A stretch of DNA of 64,000 bases from NCBI GenBank assembly GCA_965247095.1, contig OZ251997.1:3328001-3392000 (forward strand). The letters run 5' to 3'. This document shows positions 27,864 through 38,429 of this stretch, in pieces. Positions within the stretch are counted from its first letter, which is position 1. Each line of letters begins with the position of its first letter. A program made the translations under genes and the position numbers. The DNA comes from Candidatus Multivorans sp. (lineage in GTDB: Bacteria; Acidobacteriota; Thermoanaerobaculia; Multivoradales; Multivoraceae). Under the pieces are notes generated by a model, which saw only the letters and a list, made by a program, of their open reading frames with translations, was not told the origin of the DNA and made no database searches.

Positions 27864-29219
27864 CTACGCGCCGACGGCCTTGCGCACCATCGAGAACCGG
27901 TCCCCCAGCCATCCCTCGAGCCGCCCGCCGCCGCTGACGACGGTCTCCTCCCGCCGCGGGCCGGAGGAGATGAGATCCGCGCTCGCGTCGAGTTCCTGTT
28001 CCAGGAAGTCGATGTAGTCGAGCGCGGCCTGCGGCAGCTCGCTGCGGTCGAGGACCCGTCGCGTGTCCTGCTTCCAGCCGGGGAAAGTGCGGTAGACGGG
28101 CTCGGCGCCGGCCAGACGCGAGGTCACGGCTGGCAGATCCCGGACCACCTCGCCGCCGATCCGGTAGGCGACGCAGACCTTGAGTTCGTCGAGCTCGTCG
28201 AGCACGTCGATCTTGGTCAGCGCCAGGCAGCGGGCGCCGTTGACGCGGGCGGCGTGGCGCAGGACGACCAGGTCGAGCCAGCCGCAGCGCCGGGGTCGAC
28301 CGGTCGTGGTGCCGAACTCGTGACCGCGGTCGCGGAGGTGAGCGCCGGCGTCGTCCAGGAGCTCAGTGGGCATCGGCCCCTCGCCGACCCGGGTCGTGTA
28401 GGCCTTGACCACCCCGATCGCGCCGTCGATCGCCGTTGGCGGCACCCCGCTGCCCACGGCCGCTCCACCGGCCGTGGAGTTCGAGCTCGTGACGTAGGGG
28501 TAGGTTCCGTGGTCGACATCCAGCAGAGCGCCCTGCGCGCCCTCGAACAACACCCTGCCTCCCCGCCCGATCAGATCGTTCAGTTCGACCGACACGTCGC
28601 ATAGGTAGGGCGCCAGGCGCTCCGCCCAGCCGGCGAATTTCGTCTCGGCGTCCTTCGGGTCCAACTGTGCTCCTTCCGCTGCGGCCCGCTCGAAGTCGGC
28701 GACGCGCACGATCTGGCGGTGCAGCATCTCCTCGCCTCCGGCGGCGAGCTCCGCCAGGCGGATGCCGGTGCGGCTGACCTTGCTCTCGTAGGCCGGACCG
28801 ATGCCCTTGGCGGTGGTGCCGATGCGGTCCGCGCCCCGCGCCTCTTCACGGATGTGATCGAGAGCGACATGGACCGGCGTCAGGGCGTGGGCGCGGTCGG
28901 ACAGCCGCAGCCGCCCGGAAGTTTGGACGCCGCGTTGCTCGAGTTGGGTGACCTCGCGCAGGAAGGCGTCCGGGTCGATCACCATCCCGTTGCCGAGGTA
29001 GCAGGCCATGCCCGGGTGCAGGATGCCGGACGGGATCAGGTGCAGGGCGAAGTGCTCGTCGCCTTCGCCGCTGCCGAACTTCACCGTATGGCCGGCATTG
29101 TTGCCGCCCTGGAAACGGACCACGGCGTCGAAGGCGGGGCACAGAAGGTCGATGATCTTCCCCTTGCCCTCGTCGCCCCACTGCATGCCGACGACGACTA
29201 CGTTGAACGCGACTGTCAC
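27864..29219 (-). CDS. purA: Adenylosuccinate synthetase
   Basis: GMQWGDEGKGK, GGNNAGHT, EGAQG, GTYPYVTSS, EFGTTTGRPRRCGW; GTG start after GAGGGA. Confidence 0.97.
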   Translation of the reverse strand: MTVAFNVVVVGMQWGDEGKGKIIDLLCPAFDAVVRFQGGNNAGHTVKFGSGEGDEHFALHLIPSGILHPGMACYLGNGMVIDPDAFLREVTQLEQRGVQTSGRLRLSDRAHALTPVHVALDHIREEARGADRIGTTAKGIGPAYESKVSRTGIRLAELAAGGEEMLHRQIVRVADFERAAAEGAQLDPKDAETKFAGWAERLAPYLCDVSVELNDLIGRGGRVLFEGAQGALLDVDHGTYPYVTSSNSTAGGAAVGSGVPPTAIDGAIGVVKAYTTRVGEGPMPTELLDDAGAHLRDRGHEFGTTTGRPRRCGWLDLVVLRHAARVNGARCLALTKIDVLDELDELKVCVAYRIGGEVVRDLPAVTSRLAGAEPVYRTFPGWKQDTRRVLDRSELPQAALDYIDFLEQELDASADLISSGPRREETVVSGGGRLEGWLGDRFSMVRKAVGA

Positions 29220-29364
29220 GAATCCCTCGCTAGTCCCATGACCGACCCTGCGCCTCAAAAGTCGCCAAGTCCGGCTCCTTCCAGCAACTCGTGTTTCGCC
29301 CCCATCGCGCCGACGCGGGGGAGCGCGACCCTAGCAGCGACGCGCTGCCGTATCATCCGGGTTT

Positions 29365-31224
29365 GTGCGCGAAGGTCCGCAGGCGGCCCCGGCAAGCGGT
29401 GCGACCCTCGCCGTCTGGCGGCGCGACTCGACAATCGGCCTGTGGTCCGGTGCGTTGCTGTTCGGGGGGCCCATCTCGGTCGCCCACCTTCTGCACAACC
29501 GGGTCGAGAGTCCGGTCACGGCGCTCGCGTCGCTGGTCCTGTTTGCGCTGCTCTACGGCTGCGGGGTCGGAGCGGTGCTGGGCGCTCTCGGCTGGCTGTT
29601 GCGGGTGGCGGCGTTCCCCCGCTTCAGGCTCACCGGCGACCCGGTGGTCTGGGCCGCTTGCCTCCTGAACCTGGCCGTCTTTCAACCGGTCGTCTTCTAC
29701 GGCCTGACCTACGAGCAGGTTCCCTGGTTCGAGCCGCGGACATACGGCGCCATGGCGGTGTTCCTGATCGCCGCCGGCATCGTGCTGGGCAGCGTCGTCT
29801 GGCTGGCGACGCTGATGGTCGCCGCCGGTGTCCGGCGTCTTGCGGCCGGCGGACAGCTTCGGCGGCTCGTGGCCGCTGCCGCGGCAGTCCTCGTGGCCGT
29901 TCACGTGGCGCTGCCGATCGCGTTCCGGCTCCTGGCCGAGACGAACGCGGCGCCGTTCGACCCGGCGAAGCTGGTTGCCCATCCCGCGCCGCCGGTTGCG
30001 CTGTTGGGCTTCGACGGCATGGACCCGGATCTTCTTCTGGAGCTGATCGACGACGACCAGTTGCCGAACCTGGCCGACTTCGTCGAGAACGGGACCCTCG
30101 GCCGTCTCGAAACGTTCCCCGGCGCCAACTCGGCCGTGATCTGGGCCTCGCTCTATACCGGCGAAGCGCCCGACCGCCACCGCGTCCACGACTTCTACCG
30201 CGTCCGCTTTCCCGGTTCCGGCGCCGGACTGTTCCCGGTCCACCGCACCTATTTCAAGGAGTTGGTCGATCTCCTCGCCTGGGCGCCTGGGATCTCGCGG
30301 CGCTTCGTCAACCGCCTCGATCTGCCGTCGCCACCCGTCTGGGAGATCGCGGACCGGGCGGGTGTTCCGACCGCCGTCGTCGACGGCTACTTCTACTCCT
30401 TCCCCGCCCAGCCACAGCTCGATCCGGGAAGCCGACTGCTCGCCTACGGCTTGAACGACACGCTGGCGAGTCCTGGGAACGCGGGCGTCTCGCCCGCATC
30501 TGGCGCGGAGTCTTCGCTCTCGACGACCAGGGCCTGGTTCGCCCAGCCGCCCGATCTGCCCCCGGAAGTCGAGGCGGCGGCGGCCGGCCAGCCGGACCTC
30601 GCGTGGCAAAGCCGGGCGGCCGTGGCGCTGCTCGAAGGCCGTGCGCGCCGCGGCCAGGTGCCGCCCCGCTTCTTCAGTCTCTACACCCACGAGCCGGACA
30701 CCGTTTCGCACCAGCGCTGGCGCTGGTCCGAGCCGGAGCGGTTTCCCTTCGTGTCGCCGACCGGCATCGACGACCACGGCGAGGCGGTGGCGGATGTCTA
30801 CCGGCGGATCGACGCCCTGGTCGGCGAGCTGCGGCGCGCCCTCGGCCCCGAGACGGTCTTCGTGATCGCCTCGGACCATGGCCAGGCGCCGACCTTCGTC
30901 CATCGTCTCTACACTCAGCACCGGCACGGGCCGGACGGCGTTCTGCTGCTCCACGGGCTCGGCGTCCGCCGCGGTCACCGGCTCGACAGCAGCCAGGTGC
31001 TGGATGTCTTCCCAACCGTCCTGGCACTGCTCGGCCTGCCCGTACCGGCCGATGCCGAGGGCAGGGTGCTCGCGGAGGCGTTCGAGGTTCCTGCCGACCT
31101 CGACTCCAGTGCCCGGATCGCGACCTACCGCGGCGCCTGGCAGCCCGTCAACACGGTCGGCGGTCGCGACGTCGAACGCACGCGTAAGGAGATCGAGCGC
31201 CTCAAGGCGATGGGCTACCTGTAG
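29365..31224 (+). CDS. Membrane-anchored alkaline-phosphatase-superfamily (NPP-type) protein
   Basis: About 5 N-terminal TM helices, LLGFDGMD, SAVIWASLYTG, IASDHG, DVFPTVLALLG, ends ERLKAMGYL. Confidence 0.8.
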   Translation: MREGPQAAPASGATLAVWRRDSTIGLWSGALLFGGPISVAHLLHNRVESPVTALASLVLFALLYGCGVGAVLGALGWLLRVAAFPRFRLTGDPVVWAACLLNLAVFQPVVFYGLTYEQVPWFEPRTYGAMAVFLIAAGIVLGSVVWLATLMVAAGVRRLAAGGQLRRLVAAAAAVLVAVHVALPIAFRLLAETNAAPFDPAKLVAHPAPPVALLGFDGMDPDLLLELIDDDQLPNLADFVENGTLGRLETFPGANSAVIWASLYTGEAPDRHRVHDFYRVRFPGSGAGLFPVHRTYFKELVDLLAWAPGISRRFVNRLDLPSPPVWEIADRAGVPTAVVDGYFYSFPAQPQLDPGSRLLAYGLNDTLASPGNAGVSPASGAESSLSTTRAWFAQPPDLPPEVEAAAAGQPDLAWQSRAAVALLEGRARRGQVPPRFFSLYTHEPDTVSHQRWRWSEPERFPFVSPTGIDDHGEAVADVYRRIDALVGELRRALGPETVFVIASDHGQAPTFVHRLYTQHRHGPDGVLLLHGLGVRRGHRLDSSQVLDVFPTVLALLGLPVPADAEGRVLAEAFEVPADLDSSARIATYRGAWQPVNTVGGRDVERTRKEIERLKAMGYL

Positions 31225-31282
31225 CTGACCGCTTCGGTTGGGTGAAGCGGTCGCCGTCCTTCGTTTCGCGCAGAATAGGCCC

Positions 31283-32677
31283 ATGTCCACCGTCCGGCAG
31301 GCACTCGAGCAACTCGACCGCGAGGGGGCTGGGAAGTCCATGATGGACCTTGCCGCCGAGTTCTACCCGATCCGCCGCAGCCTGACCGGCGACGGCGTCC
31401 GCGCCACGCTCGAGCGGATCGGCCGGCGGATCCCGCTCCAACTACACGAACTCGCCACCGGCACGAAGGTGCTCGACTGGACCGTGCCGCGCGAGTGGAA
31501 TCCGCGCGCGGCCTGGATCCGGGATCTCTCGGGGCGCCGGATCGTCGACTTCGCTGATCACAACCTGCACCTCGTGGGCTACAGCGTCCCGGTCCACCGC
31601 CGGATGACGCTCGACGAGCTGCGTCTCCACCTGCACAGCCTGCCGGAGCAACCCGACCTGATCCCGTACCGCACCTCCTACTACGAGGAGGGATGGGGCT
31701 TCTGCATGCCCCACCAACTCCTCGAATCTCTCCCGGACGGGGAGTACGAAGTGTTCATCGACGCCTCGCTCGAAGACGGCTCGATGACCTGGGGCGAGTG
31801 CCTGCTGCCGGGGTCAAGCGCCGAAGAGGTGGTGATCTCCAGCCACGTCTGCCATCCCCAACTGGCCAACGACAACCTCTCCGGGATCGCGGTCGCGGTC
31901 CATCTCGCGGAGGCCCTGGCCGACGTCTCGGAGCGCCGCTACAGCTACCGCTTCCTGTTCGCCCCGGGCGGCATCGGCGCGATCGCCTGGCTGGCGCAGA
32001 ACCGGGAGCGTCTGGACGTCTTCCGCCACGGCCTCATTGCCGCCAACCTCGGCGACGCGGGGGGCTTCCACTACAAGAAAAGCCGCCGCGGCGACAGCGA
32101 GATCGACCGCGCCGTGGCCGCGGCCCTGAGCGGGCTGGGCGAGGAACTCGCCACCGAGGACTTCTTCCCCTTCGGCTACGACGAACGCCAGTACTGCTCC
32201 CCCGGCTTCGACCTGCCGGTCGGTGTCTTGACCCGCACCCCCTGGGGCCGCTATCCCGAGTACCACACCTCCGCCGACGATCTCAGCTTCATCGGCGCCG
32301 AAGCCCTCGCCGGTTCGCTCGCCGCCTACCTGGCGACCGCCGCCGTGCTGGAGGAGAACACCGACCAGACTGGCAGGGAGGTCCGATCCGCTCCGACCCG
32401 GAGTCGTCGCTTCGTCGCTCGCACTGACGCCCAGGACCGCCGATACCGCAACCTGGAGCCCTTCGGCGAAGCCCAGCTCGGCCGCCGCGGGCTCTACGGG
32501 GGCCTCGGCGGCGCCGGCCGCAAGGAGCGGGAGATTGCCATGTTGTGGGTGCTCAACCAGAGCGACGGCGAGCACTCCCTGCTCGACATCGCGGAGCGCT
32601 CGAGGCTACCGTTCGACGTGATCAGCGAGGTGGCGGAGGTTCTGCGTGAGGCGGGGTTGCTGGAGGCGGCGGACTAG
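31283..32677 (+). CDS. DUF4910 (M28 peptidase-like) protein with C-terminal wHTH
   Basis: RSLTGDGVRATL, DWTVPREW, PYRTSYY, HVCHPQLANDNLSG, DERQYCSPGFDLPV, YPEYHTSADD. Confidence 0.88.
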   Translation: MSTVRQALEQLDREGAGKSMMDLAAEFYPIRRSLTGDGVRATLERIGRRIPLQLHELATGTKVLDWTVPREWNPRAAWIRDLSGRRIVDFADHNLHLVGYSVPVHRRMTLDELRLHLHSLPEQPDLIPYRTSYYEEGWGFCMPHQLLESLPDGEYEVFIDASLEDGSMTWGECLLPGSSAEEVVISSHVCHPQLANDNLSGIAVAVHLAEALADVSERRYSYRFLFAPGGIGAIAWLAQNRERLDVFRHGLIAANLGDAGGFHYKKSRRGDSEIDRAVAAALSGLGEELATEDFFPFGYDERQYCSPGFDLPVGVLTRTPWGRYPEYHTSADDLSFIGAEALAGSLAAYLATAAVLEENTDQTGREVRSAPTRSRRFVARTDAQDRRYRNLEPFGEAQLGRRGLYGGLGGAGRKEREIAMLWVLNQSDGEHSLLDIAERSRLPFDVISEVAEVLREAGLLEAAD

Positions 32678-35007
32678 GGCTCCACGACCCTCATCGGCAG
32701 CCGTAGCGGCGCCACGCCGCGGCTCGCAAACCAGGCGACCTGCTCGTAGACCAGGTCGATCTCGAGCGTGTAGTCGCCTGCTGCGTCCGGTGCGCGGACC
32801 GGCAGGGCGATCGTCTCGAAGGCGCCCGGGCTCATGCGCGGCAGCAGGCTGCGCGGGCCCTCCGGGCCGACCTGGGGGCCGGCTTCCGCGCCGTCGCCTT
32901 CCGCGGCCACGATTCCTTGACGCCAGCGGGCACCCAGGTTGACTCCCACGGCGCCCTGGCGCTCCCACGCCACGTTCGACTCGTTGCTCACCCCTATCGG
33001 AAGCTGGACTTCGGCGCCTGCCTCAAGCGTTGCCGGCACCAGGCCCACGGTGCCGATCCGGGCCGCAAAGACATCGGCGTTCAGATGCTCCTCGCTACCC
33101 AGGATCCGCAACTCGGCGCCGAGGTAGAAAGTCTCCTCGGTCTCCTGGTTCCAGGCGTAGACGGCGCACGGGGCGGGCGGCCGGACCTTGGTCCACTTGG
33201 TCGGCGCGCCGCGGGCTGTCTCGACCCTCAGACGGTGGACATAGCTCCGATGGCCGTCCCGCCGTCTCACCTTGTGGGGCTTCCCGGAGCGGAGCGTCAC
33301 CCGTTGGGCCCGGTCGGCTTCGGTCACCTCCACGTCGACCCTGGCGCCGCCGTCGAGGCGCAGCCGCAGGGTGTTCGGAGCGACCGGCGAGGAGACGCCG
33401 AGCACCAGGCTGTCGAATCGCTGCCGGGACTCGATCAGGATCTCGCTCGGGCCGCGGGCCGCGACCCACCAGGACCCGCCTCGCGCCAGCACCCGGTCCG
33501 CCCGTCCCATGACGGACATGCCGGCCGCCGCCCTCCTCTCGTAGCCGGGCACGTTGCGCAGCGAGAGTTCGAGCGGCAGGTAGCGGAGCGGTGCGTTGCG
33601 GGTGTGCGCCTGCAGCGTCGGCGCGGGCACGGTGACGCCGAAGGGCGCCAGCACCATGGCGCCGGCGAACAGCCCGGCCGCGGTGAAGCCCGCCGGCAGC
33701 GTCCAGGGCGGGATCCGGCCCGGGACCAGGAACAGGAAGGCCGGGACGACGCTGACGAAGTAGCGGTTGCCGACGAAGCCGCCGCCGCCCTGCCAGTTCC
33801 AGCCGATGAAGAGCAGGAAGTAGCCGGCGACCGCAACCAGGGACAGGAGCAGCAGCCAGCGGTCCCGGTCGCGGCGACCGCCGAGCAGGAACAGAGCCAG
33901 GGCGATGCCGGTGAAGGGGTGGTAGGGCAGCAGGCCGGCGTGCCGGCCGACCAGGAAGTAGCCGATGTTCTCGACCACCTGCCCCACAGACTGGCGCGGG
34001 ATGCGGAACAGCCACGTGAACGCGTTGCCGGTCGGGGACTCGGGAATCGCGTTCGCACTCGTCGAGCCGGCGGCCGGTCCCGGCTCGCCGGCGCTTTGCG
34101 CCTCCTCGATCCGGCGCGCCTCGATGATCTCGGGCGGCCAGTCGCCGGGCTCGCACACCCGCACCGCGGCCCGCACGTCGGACCCGAGGTAGGGCAGGAT
34201 CTGGCCCGTCATGCGCTGGGACATCGCCGCCAGCAGCGCCAGGGTGACGGCGAAACCGGCGGTCCAGACGGCGGCCGTCCGCCACTGCCGGCGCAGCAGG
34301 AAGGCGCCCGCGAGGGCGAGGGCGATGGCGGCGAACATCGGCTTGTTGTAGGTGGGGAGCGCGAGCAGCACGCCGGAGAGGGCGGTCAGCCACAGGGTGC
34401 GGCGGCGGTTCTCGAAGCCCCAGTACAGCGCGCCGAAGACGCCGAACATGTTGAACACCTCGGGCTGCAGCCAGAACACGTAGCGGGAGCATGCCGAGAG
34501 CAGCAACAGGCCGCAGGCAAAGGCGGCGGCAGTTGCGGGCGCGGTGCGGCGGGCGAGGAACACCGCGGCCAGCCACAGCATGGCGACGAACAGCGCCATG
34601 TTGAGGAACACCATGCCGTTGGCGCCGAAGAGCACAGCGAAAGGCGCGGCGAACAGCGGGTAGGCGAGCGGCTTGCCGTAGTGCGCGGTGCTCCAGCCGT
34701 CGGACGTCATCAGGATCAGGTTGTGGGTGGAGGCGAAGGGGAACTCCTCCAGCAGCCGGTCGCCGTCCGCCGGCAGGTAGCGCAGGTCGAAGTCGCGGGC
34801 GAGGCTCAGCGCCATCAGGTAGTAGGCCGGCTCGTCGGCCTTGAGCGTCGGCGGCTGGCCGGGTTTACCGATCGTGAGCGGGACGGTGAGCAGGAAGCAA
34901 CTCAGAGCGGCCAGGGTCACGACCGTGGGCCGGCTTTTGAACAGTCCCTCGCGGCGCCGGAGCAGAGACCGGAGCCGCCTGGTCAACCCTGCGGCGCCCG
35001 CGGTCAC
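32674..35007 (-). CDS. Polytopic membrane protein with GT-C glycosyltransferase-like architecture
   Basis: KADEPAYY acidic loop after TM1, many TM helices, GGGFVGNRYF, soluble C-terminal domain; GTG overlaps the upstream stop. Confidence 0.65.
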   Translation of the reverse strand: MTAGAAGLTRRLRSLLRRREGLFKSRPTVVTLAALSCFLLTVPLTIGKPGQPPTLKADEPAYYLMALSLARDFDLRYLPADGDRLLEEFPFASTHNLILMTSDGWSTAHYGKPLAYPLFAAPFAVLFGANGMVFLNMALFVAMLWLAAVFLARRTAPATAAAFACGLLLLSACSRYVFWLQPEVFNMFGVFGALYWGFENRRRTLWLTALSGVLLALPTYNKPMFAAIALALAGAFLLRRQWRTAAVWTAGFAVTLALLAAMSQRMTGQILPYLGSDVRAAVRVCEPGDWPPEIIEARRIEEAQSAGEPGPAAGSTSANAIPESPTGNAFTWLFRIPRQSVGQVVENIGYFLVGRHAGLLPYHPFTGIALALFLLGGRRDRDRWLLLLSLVAVAGYFLLFIGWNWQGGGGFVGNRYFVSVVPAFLFLVPGRIPPWTLPAGFTAAGLFAGAMVLAPFGVTVPAPTLQAHTRNAPLRYLPLELSLRNVPGYERRAAAGMSVMGRADRVLARGGSWWVAARGPSEILIESRQRFDSLVLGVSSPVAPNTLRLRLDGGARVDVEVTEADRAQRVTLRSGKPHKVRRRDGHRSYVHRLRVETARGAPTKWTKVRPPAPCAVYAWNQETEETFYLGAELRILGSEEHLNADVFAARIGTVGLVPATLEAGAEVQLPIGVSNESNVAWERQGAVGVNLGARWRQGIVAAEGDGAEAGPQVGPEGPRSLLPRMSPGAFETIALPVRAPDAAGDYTLEIDLVYEQVAWFASRGVAPLRLPMRVVEP

Positions 35008-36056
35008 GGTCGGACTCCGGGCGGCGTCCCGGACGCCGATCGCCAGCCGCCGGCCTCGGGCCAGTGCGCGCGCAGGAGACCCGAGGAGGGGTCCAGGTCG
35101 ACGACGGGCGGTGTTTCCGATGGCGCCGCGAAGTCCACGGACGACCCGGGTCCGGCCGCAGTCCACGTTCGCGTCGTCCCACGAAGGAAGAGGAGCGTGT
35201 CACCGTTCCCGACCCACTCGGGGTAGAGCGAGTCGGGCGGCGCCGCCCACTTCTCGTCCCGCCACTCTCCCTGTTCGAACCGGGCCGTCCGCACCCGATA
35301 GACGCTCCCGTCGTAGCGGCTCCAGGCCACCGCGGCGCCGTCCGCGGTGACCAGCAGCCGGGGCGTGATGTCGGGCACCCGGTTGTCCGGCGAGACGCGG
35401 CCTCCGGCCCAGCTTCCGTCCGGCTGCCCTTGCCGCCAGACCAGATCGTCGTCGTTGCCGTCGAAGGCGGACCACACGAGCAGCCAGGAACCGTCGGCGA
35501 GGACCGCGGCGTCGAGTGCGGTCTGCGACCCGGGCCCGGCGCCGACGAGGCGGGTCGCCGGCTCGAACTTTCCGTCGCGGTAGGGAGACAGCCACACCTC
35601 CTGGGCGCGGGGCCGGGTTGCCTCGAGCCAGGCGAGTCCCTGCACGGGCCCCGCGCCGGCGGCCGCCAGCCAGCGCGCGGAGGCCATCTGGATCGCCCCG
35701 GTCGGGCGGTCGGGCGGAGGAAGAGCGCGGATCTGGCCGTCGCGGCCGCGGTGGAGCCTGAGGCGGGGTCGGTTCCTGTCCACGGCGACTCCCGCTACCG
35801 CCCATTCCTGCACGCCGTCGGGGTCGCGGCCGAGCAGCACCAAATCGTCGTAGCGGACGGACGTCACCGGTGGCGGCGTCGCCGGCAGTTCCACTGCCTG
35901 GTCGGGGCCCAGCCACAGGGTCGGGCGCCCGGCCGTCGCCTCCAGGTGAGCCCAGTCCTGTCCCTGATAGGCGGTCAGCCCGTCGGCGGCGAGACCCGGC
36001 GGGAACCCGGCGCTCCAGGCAAGGAACGCCAGCGTCAGGCAGAGCGGCCTTCGCAT
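35004..36056 (-). CDS. Secreted hypothetical protein (beta-propeller-like repeats)
   Basis: Signal peptide; repeated LAWLE / LVWSAFDG / VAWSRYDG motifs. Confidence 0.65.
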   Translation of the reverse strand: MRRPLCLTLAFLAWSAGFPPGLAADGLTAYQGQDWAHLEATAGRPTLWLGPDQAVELPATPPPVTSVRYDDLVLLGRDPDGVQEWAVAGVAVDRNRPRLRLHRGRDGQIRALPPPDRPTGAIQMASARWLAAAGAGPVQGLAWLEATRPRAQEVWLSPYRDGKFEPATRLVGAGPGSQTALDAAVLADGSWLLVWSAFDGNDDDLVWRQGQPDGSWAGGRVSPDNRVPDITPRLLVTADGAAVAWSRYDGSVYRVRTARFEQGEWRDEKWAAPPDSLYPEWVGNGDTLLFLRGTTRTWTAAGPGSSVDFAAPSETPPVVDLDPSSGLLRAHWPEAGGWRSASGTPPGVRP

Positions 36057-36097
36057 CGGCCTCAGCTTACCGGGCAGCAGGCCGGTAAGCTCCGCGC

Positions 36098-36829
36098 GTG
36101 TCGAGATTTGCCGAGCGGATCGTGGTGGTGGCCGGCGCCACGGGAGCGATCGGCGGCGCCGTCGCTCGGCGGCTGGCGGCGGAGGGCGCTTCCCTGGTGC
36201 TCCTGAGTCGGGACGAGGCGCGTCTGGCGGCGACCGCCGGCGAACTGGAGGGCGCGGATGGCGTCATCCGAACCGTCGCCGGCGACCTGACCGAAGCCGC
36301 GGTGAGCGACGCCGCCGGGGCGGTCTCGGAGTCGCTCGGCGACGGCATCGATCTTCTGGTGCATGCCGCGGGCGCCTTTCGCGCGGGCGCCTTCGAGACG
36401 GCGCCGGCCGGTGACCTCGACCTCCAGCTCGCGGTCAACGCGCGCGCTCCCTACCTCTTGACCCGGCGGCTGCTTCCCGGTCTCCGCCGGCGCGGCGGCC
36501 TGGTCGTGTTCGTCAACTCGACGGCGGGGCTTGTGGCCGGGGCGGGGAGCGCCGCGTATGCCGCCAGCAAGCACGCCTTGAGGGCCCTGGCGGATGCCCT
36601 GCGCGCCGAGGTCAACGCGGACGGCGTTCGCGTGCTGAGCGTCTACCCCGGCCGCACCCGGAGCCGGATGCAGCAGGACGTCTGTCGCAGCCTGGGGCAG
36701 CACTACGACGCGGAACGCTTCCTCGACCCGGTCGACGTCGCGTCGGCGATCGTCGAGGCCGCGGCGCTGCCGCCGTCGGCCGAGGTGGTCGACCTGCGGC
36801 TCCGGCCCGCCCTCAAACCGCGGCTCTGA
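36098..36829 (+). CDS. Short-chain dehydrogenase/reductase
   Basis: GATGAIG, HAAG, NSTAG, YAASK. Confidence 0.9.
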   Translation: MSRFAERIVVVAGATGAIGGAVARRLAAEGASLVLLSRDEARLAATAGELEGADGVIRTVAGDLTEAAVSDAAGAVSESLGDGIDLLVHAAGAFRAGAFETAPAGDLDLQLAVNARAPYLLTRRLLPGLRRRGGLVVFVNSTAGLVAGAGSAAYAASKHALRALADALRAEVNADGVRVLSVYPGRTRSRMQQDVCRSLGQHYDAERFLDPVDVASAIVEAAALPPSAEVVDLRLRPALKPRL

Positions 36830-36866
36830 GCCGCTGGCGCGCCCAGGAGCGCGTCGCGGCCGGCAC

Positions 36867-38399
36867 TCAGGGCGTTCGCTTCCTCGGCGAGGTGACCACG
36901 TACCCTAGCGCCTTCAGCCGCTCCAGTTCCTCCGGTGTGATCTCCGGTTCGCCGCGCTCGGCCAGCAGGGCCGCCCGGTCCACGCCGTTCGCCGACAGCC
37001 AGCGACTCTGCAGGCGGCGTGCGAAGTCGTCTTCGGCGGGAATGGGCTGGACCGTTCCGTCCGCGGACCACTCGAACGACTCGAGTTGAGGCCGGGTCCC
37101 CGGTGCGCCCATCAGCGGTGGGGCTGCCTCGAACTGCCGCTCGAGCCGGGCTACGAGCTCCTCGGGTTCCTCCGCCAGCGGCGCCGGCGGTTCGCCGTCC
37201 GCTAGCGCCAGCATCGCGTCGTAGTAGCGGTCCTCGGCCGGCGCGAATCGGCTCTTCCAGAGCAGTTGGCGCCCCTCCTCGACCAGGGACAGGTGATTTG
37301 TGCCGTTGCCCACGTAGAGCTCCGACAGCGCGCCGGCAGGGCTCGGCTCGAACAGGCTCGGCGGACTGCCCGGCGGCGGCGTCCCTCCCGCGGCCGCGAT
37401 CAGGGTCGAGAAGAGGCGATAGTTGGCGACCACAGGTCCGGGGTCGAGCGGCTGGGTCCAGCCGGCCGGCAGCTTGACGATCAGCGGCACCTCGATCAGC
37501 ACCCGGTGCAGGCTGTTGCCGTGCAGGACCTGGCCGTTCTCGCCGAACTCCTCGCCGTGGTCCGAGGTCACGGCGATCAAGGCGTCGTCGAAGTGCCCGC
37601 TCTCGCGCAGCGCCTCCAGCATGGCGCCGACCTGGGCGTCGGCGTAGGCCGCGTTCAGTTGGTAGAGCTGCCAGGCGCGCTCACGGTGATCCGGGTCGAG
37701 GGGGATGTCCGGATCGGCGAACGGCCTCATCTGCAGGGGCGTGATCCGCTCCGGCAGGTCGTCGCGCGGCGCCGTCAGGCGGTCGAGGTACGGAGCATGG
37801 AGGAGGTAGGGCGCGTGCGGGGGCAGCACGTGCATCCAGACGAACTGGGGTCCCCCGTCCAGGGCGCGGAGAATCTCGGTCACGCGCTCCATCCGGGTCA
37901 CCGGGCCGAAGCGTTCGAAACCGCGAACGTAGCCGAAGGTTTGGGTGAGCCAACTGTTCGAGCGGAAGGCCGCGTTCTGGAAACCCAGATCGCGCAGGAT
38001 CTCCGGCAGGGTCGGCAGGTCGTCCCGGAGACGAGCGCGCGCGCTGTGCCAACTGCCATGCCGCCAGGGTTGCCGTCCGGTGAAGAGCGATGCCATGGAC
38101 GGCACCGTCCAGCTCGAACTCGCAATCGCTGTGCCGGCCCAATCCGCGTCGGTGGCCAGACGGTCGAGGTGCGGCATCAGGCCGCTCCCGACCAGGTCGG
38201 CGCGCAGCGCGTCGACCGTGATCAGGACGATCGGCCCGCGGTGGACCGGCGGCGCTTCGGAGCAGCCGGTGGCCAGGGTCGCGACGGCCAGAACGCCGGC
38301 AGCGATGCGGGTTCCATCCGTGCGCCCGATGACGGGCGCACGGACTGGTTCGCCCGTGGCGCGGAGCGCCACGGGGGTTCCGGCCGGGCGTCGCCTCAT
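36867..38399 (-). CDS. Sulfatase-like lipoprotein with a non-canonical active site
   Basis: LITVDALRAD, SSWTVPSMASLFTG, PHAPY, TSDHGEEFGE, ELERLKALGYV. Confidence 0.82.
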   Translation of the reverse strand: MRRRPAGTPVALRATGEPVRAPVIGRTDGTRIAAGVLAVATLATGCSEAPPVHRGPIVLITVDALRADLVGSGLMPHLDRLATDADWAGTAIASSSWTVPSMASLFTGRQPWRHGSWHSARARLRDDLPTLPEILRDLGFQNAAFRSNSWLTQTFGYVRGFERFGPVTRMERVTEILRALDGGPQFVWMHVLPPHAPYLLHAPYLDRLTAPRDDLPERITPLQMRPFADPDIPLDPDHRERAWQLYQLNAAYADAQVGAMLEALRESGHFDDALIAVTSDHGEEFGENGQVLHGNSLHRVLIEVPLIVKLPAGWTQPLDPGPVVANYRLFSTLIAAAGGTPPPGSPPSLFEPSPAGALSELYVGNGTNHLSLVEEGRQLLWKSRFAPAEDRYYDAMLALADGEPPAPLAEEPEELVARLERQFEAAPPLMGAPGTRPQLESFEWSADGTVQPIPAEDDFARRLQSRWLSANGVDRAALLAERGEPEITPEELERLKALGYVVTSPRKRTP

Positions 38400-38429
38400 G
38401 CCGGCTACCTTATGGCGGACGGTCGCCCC

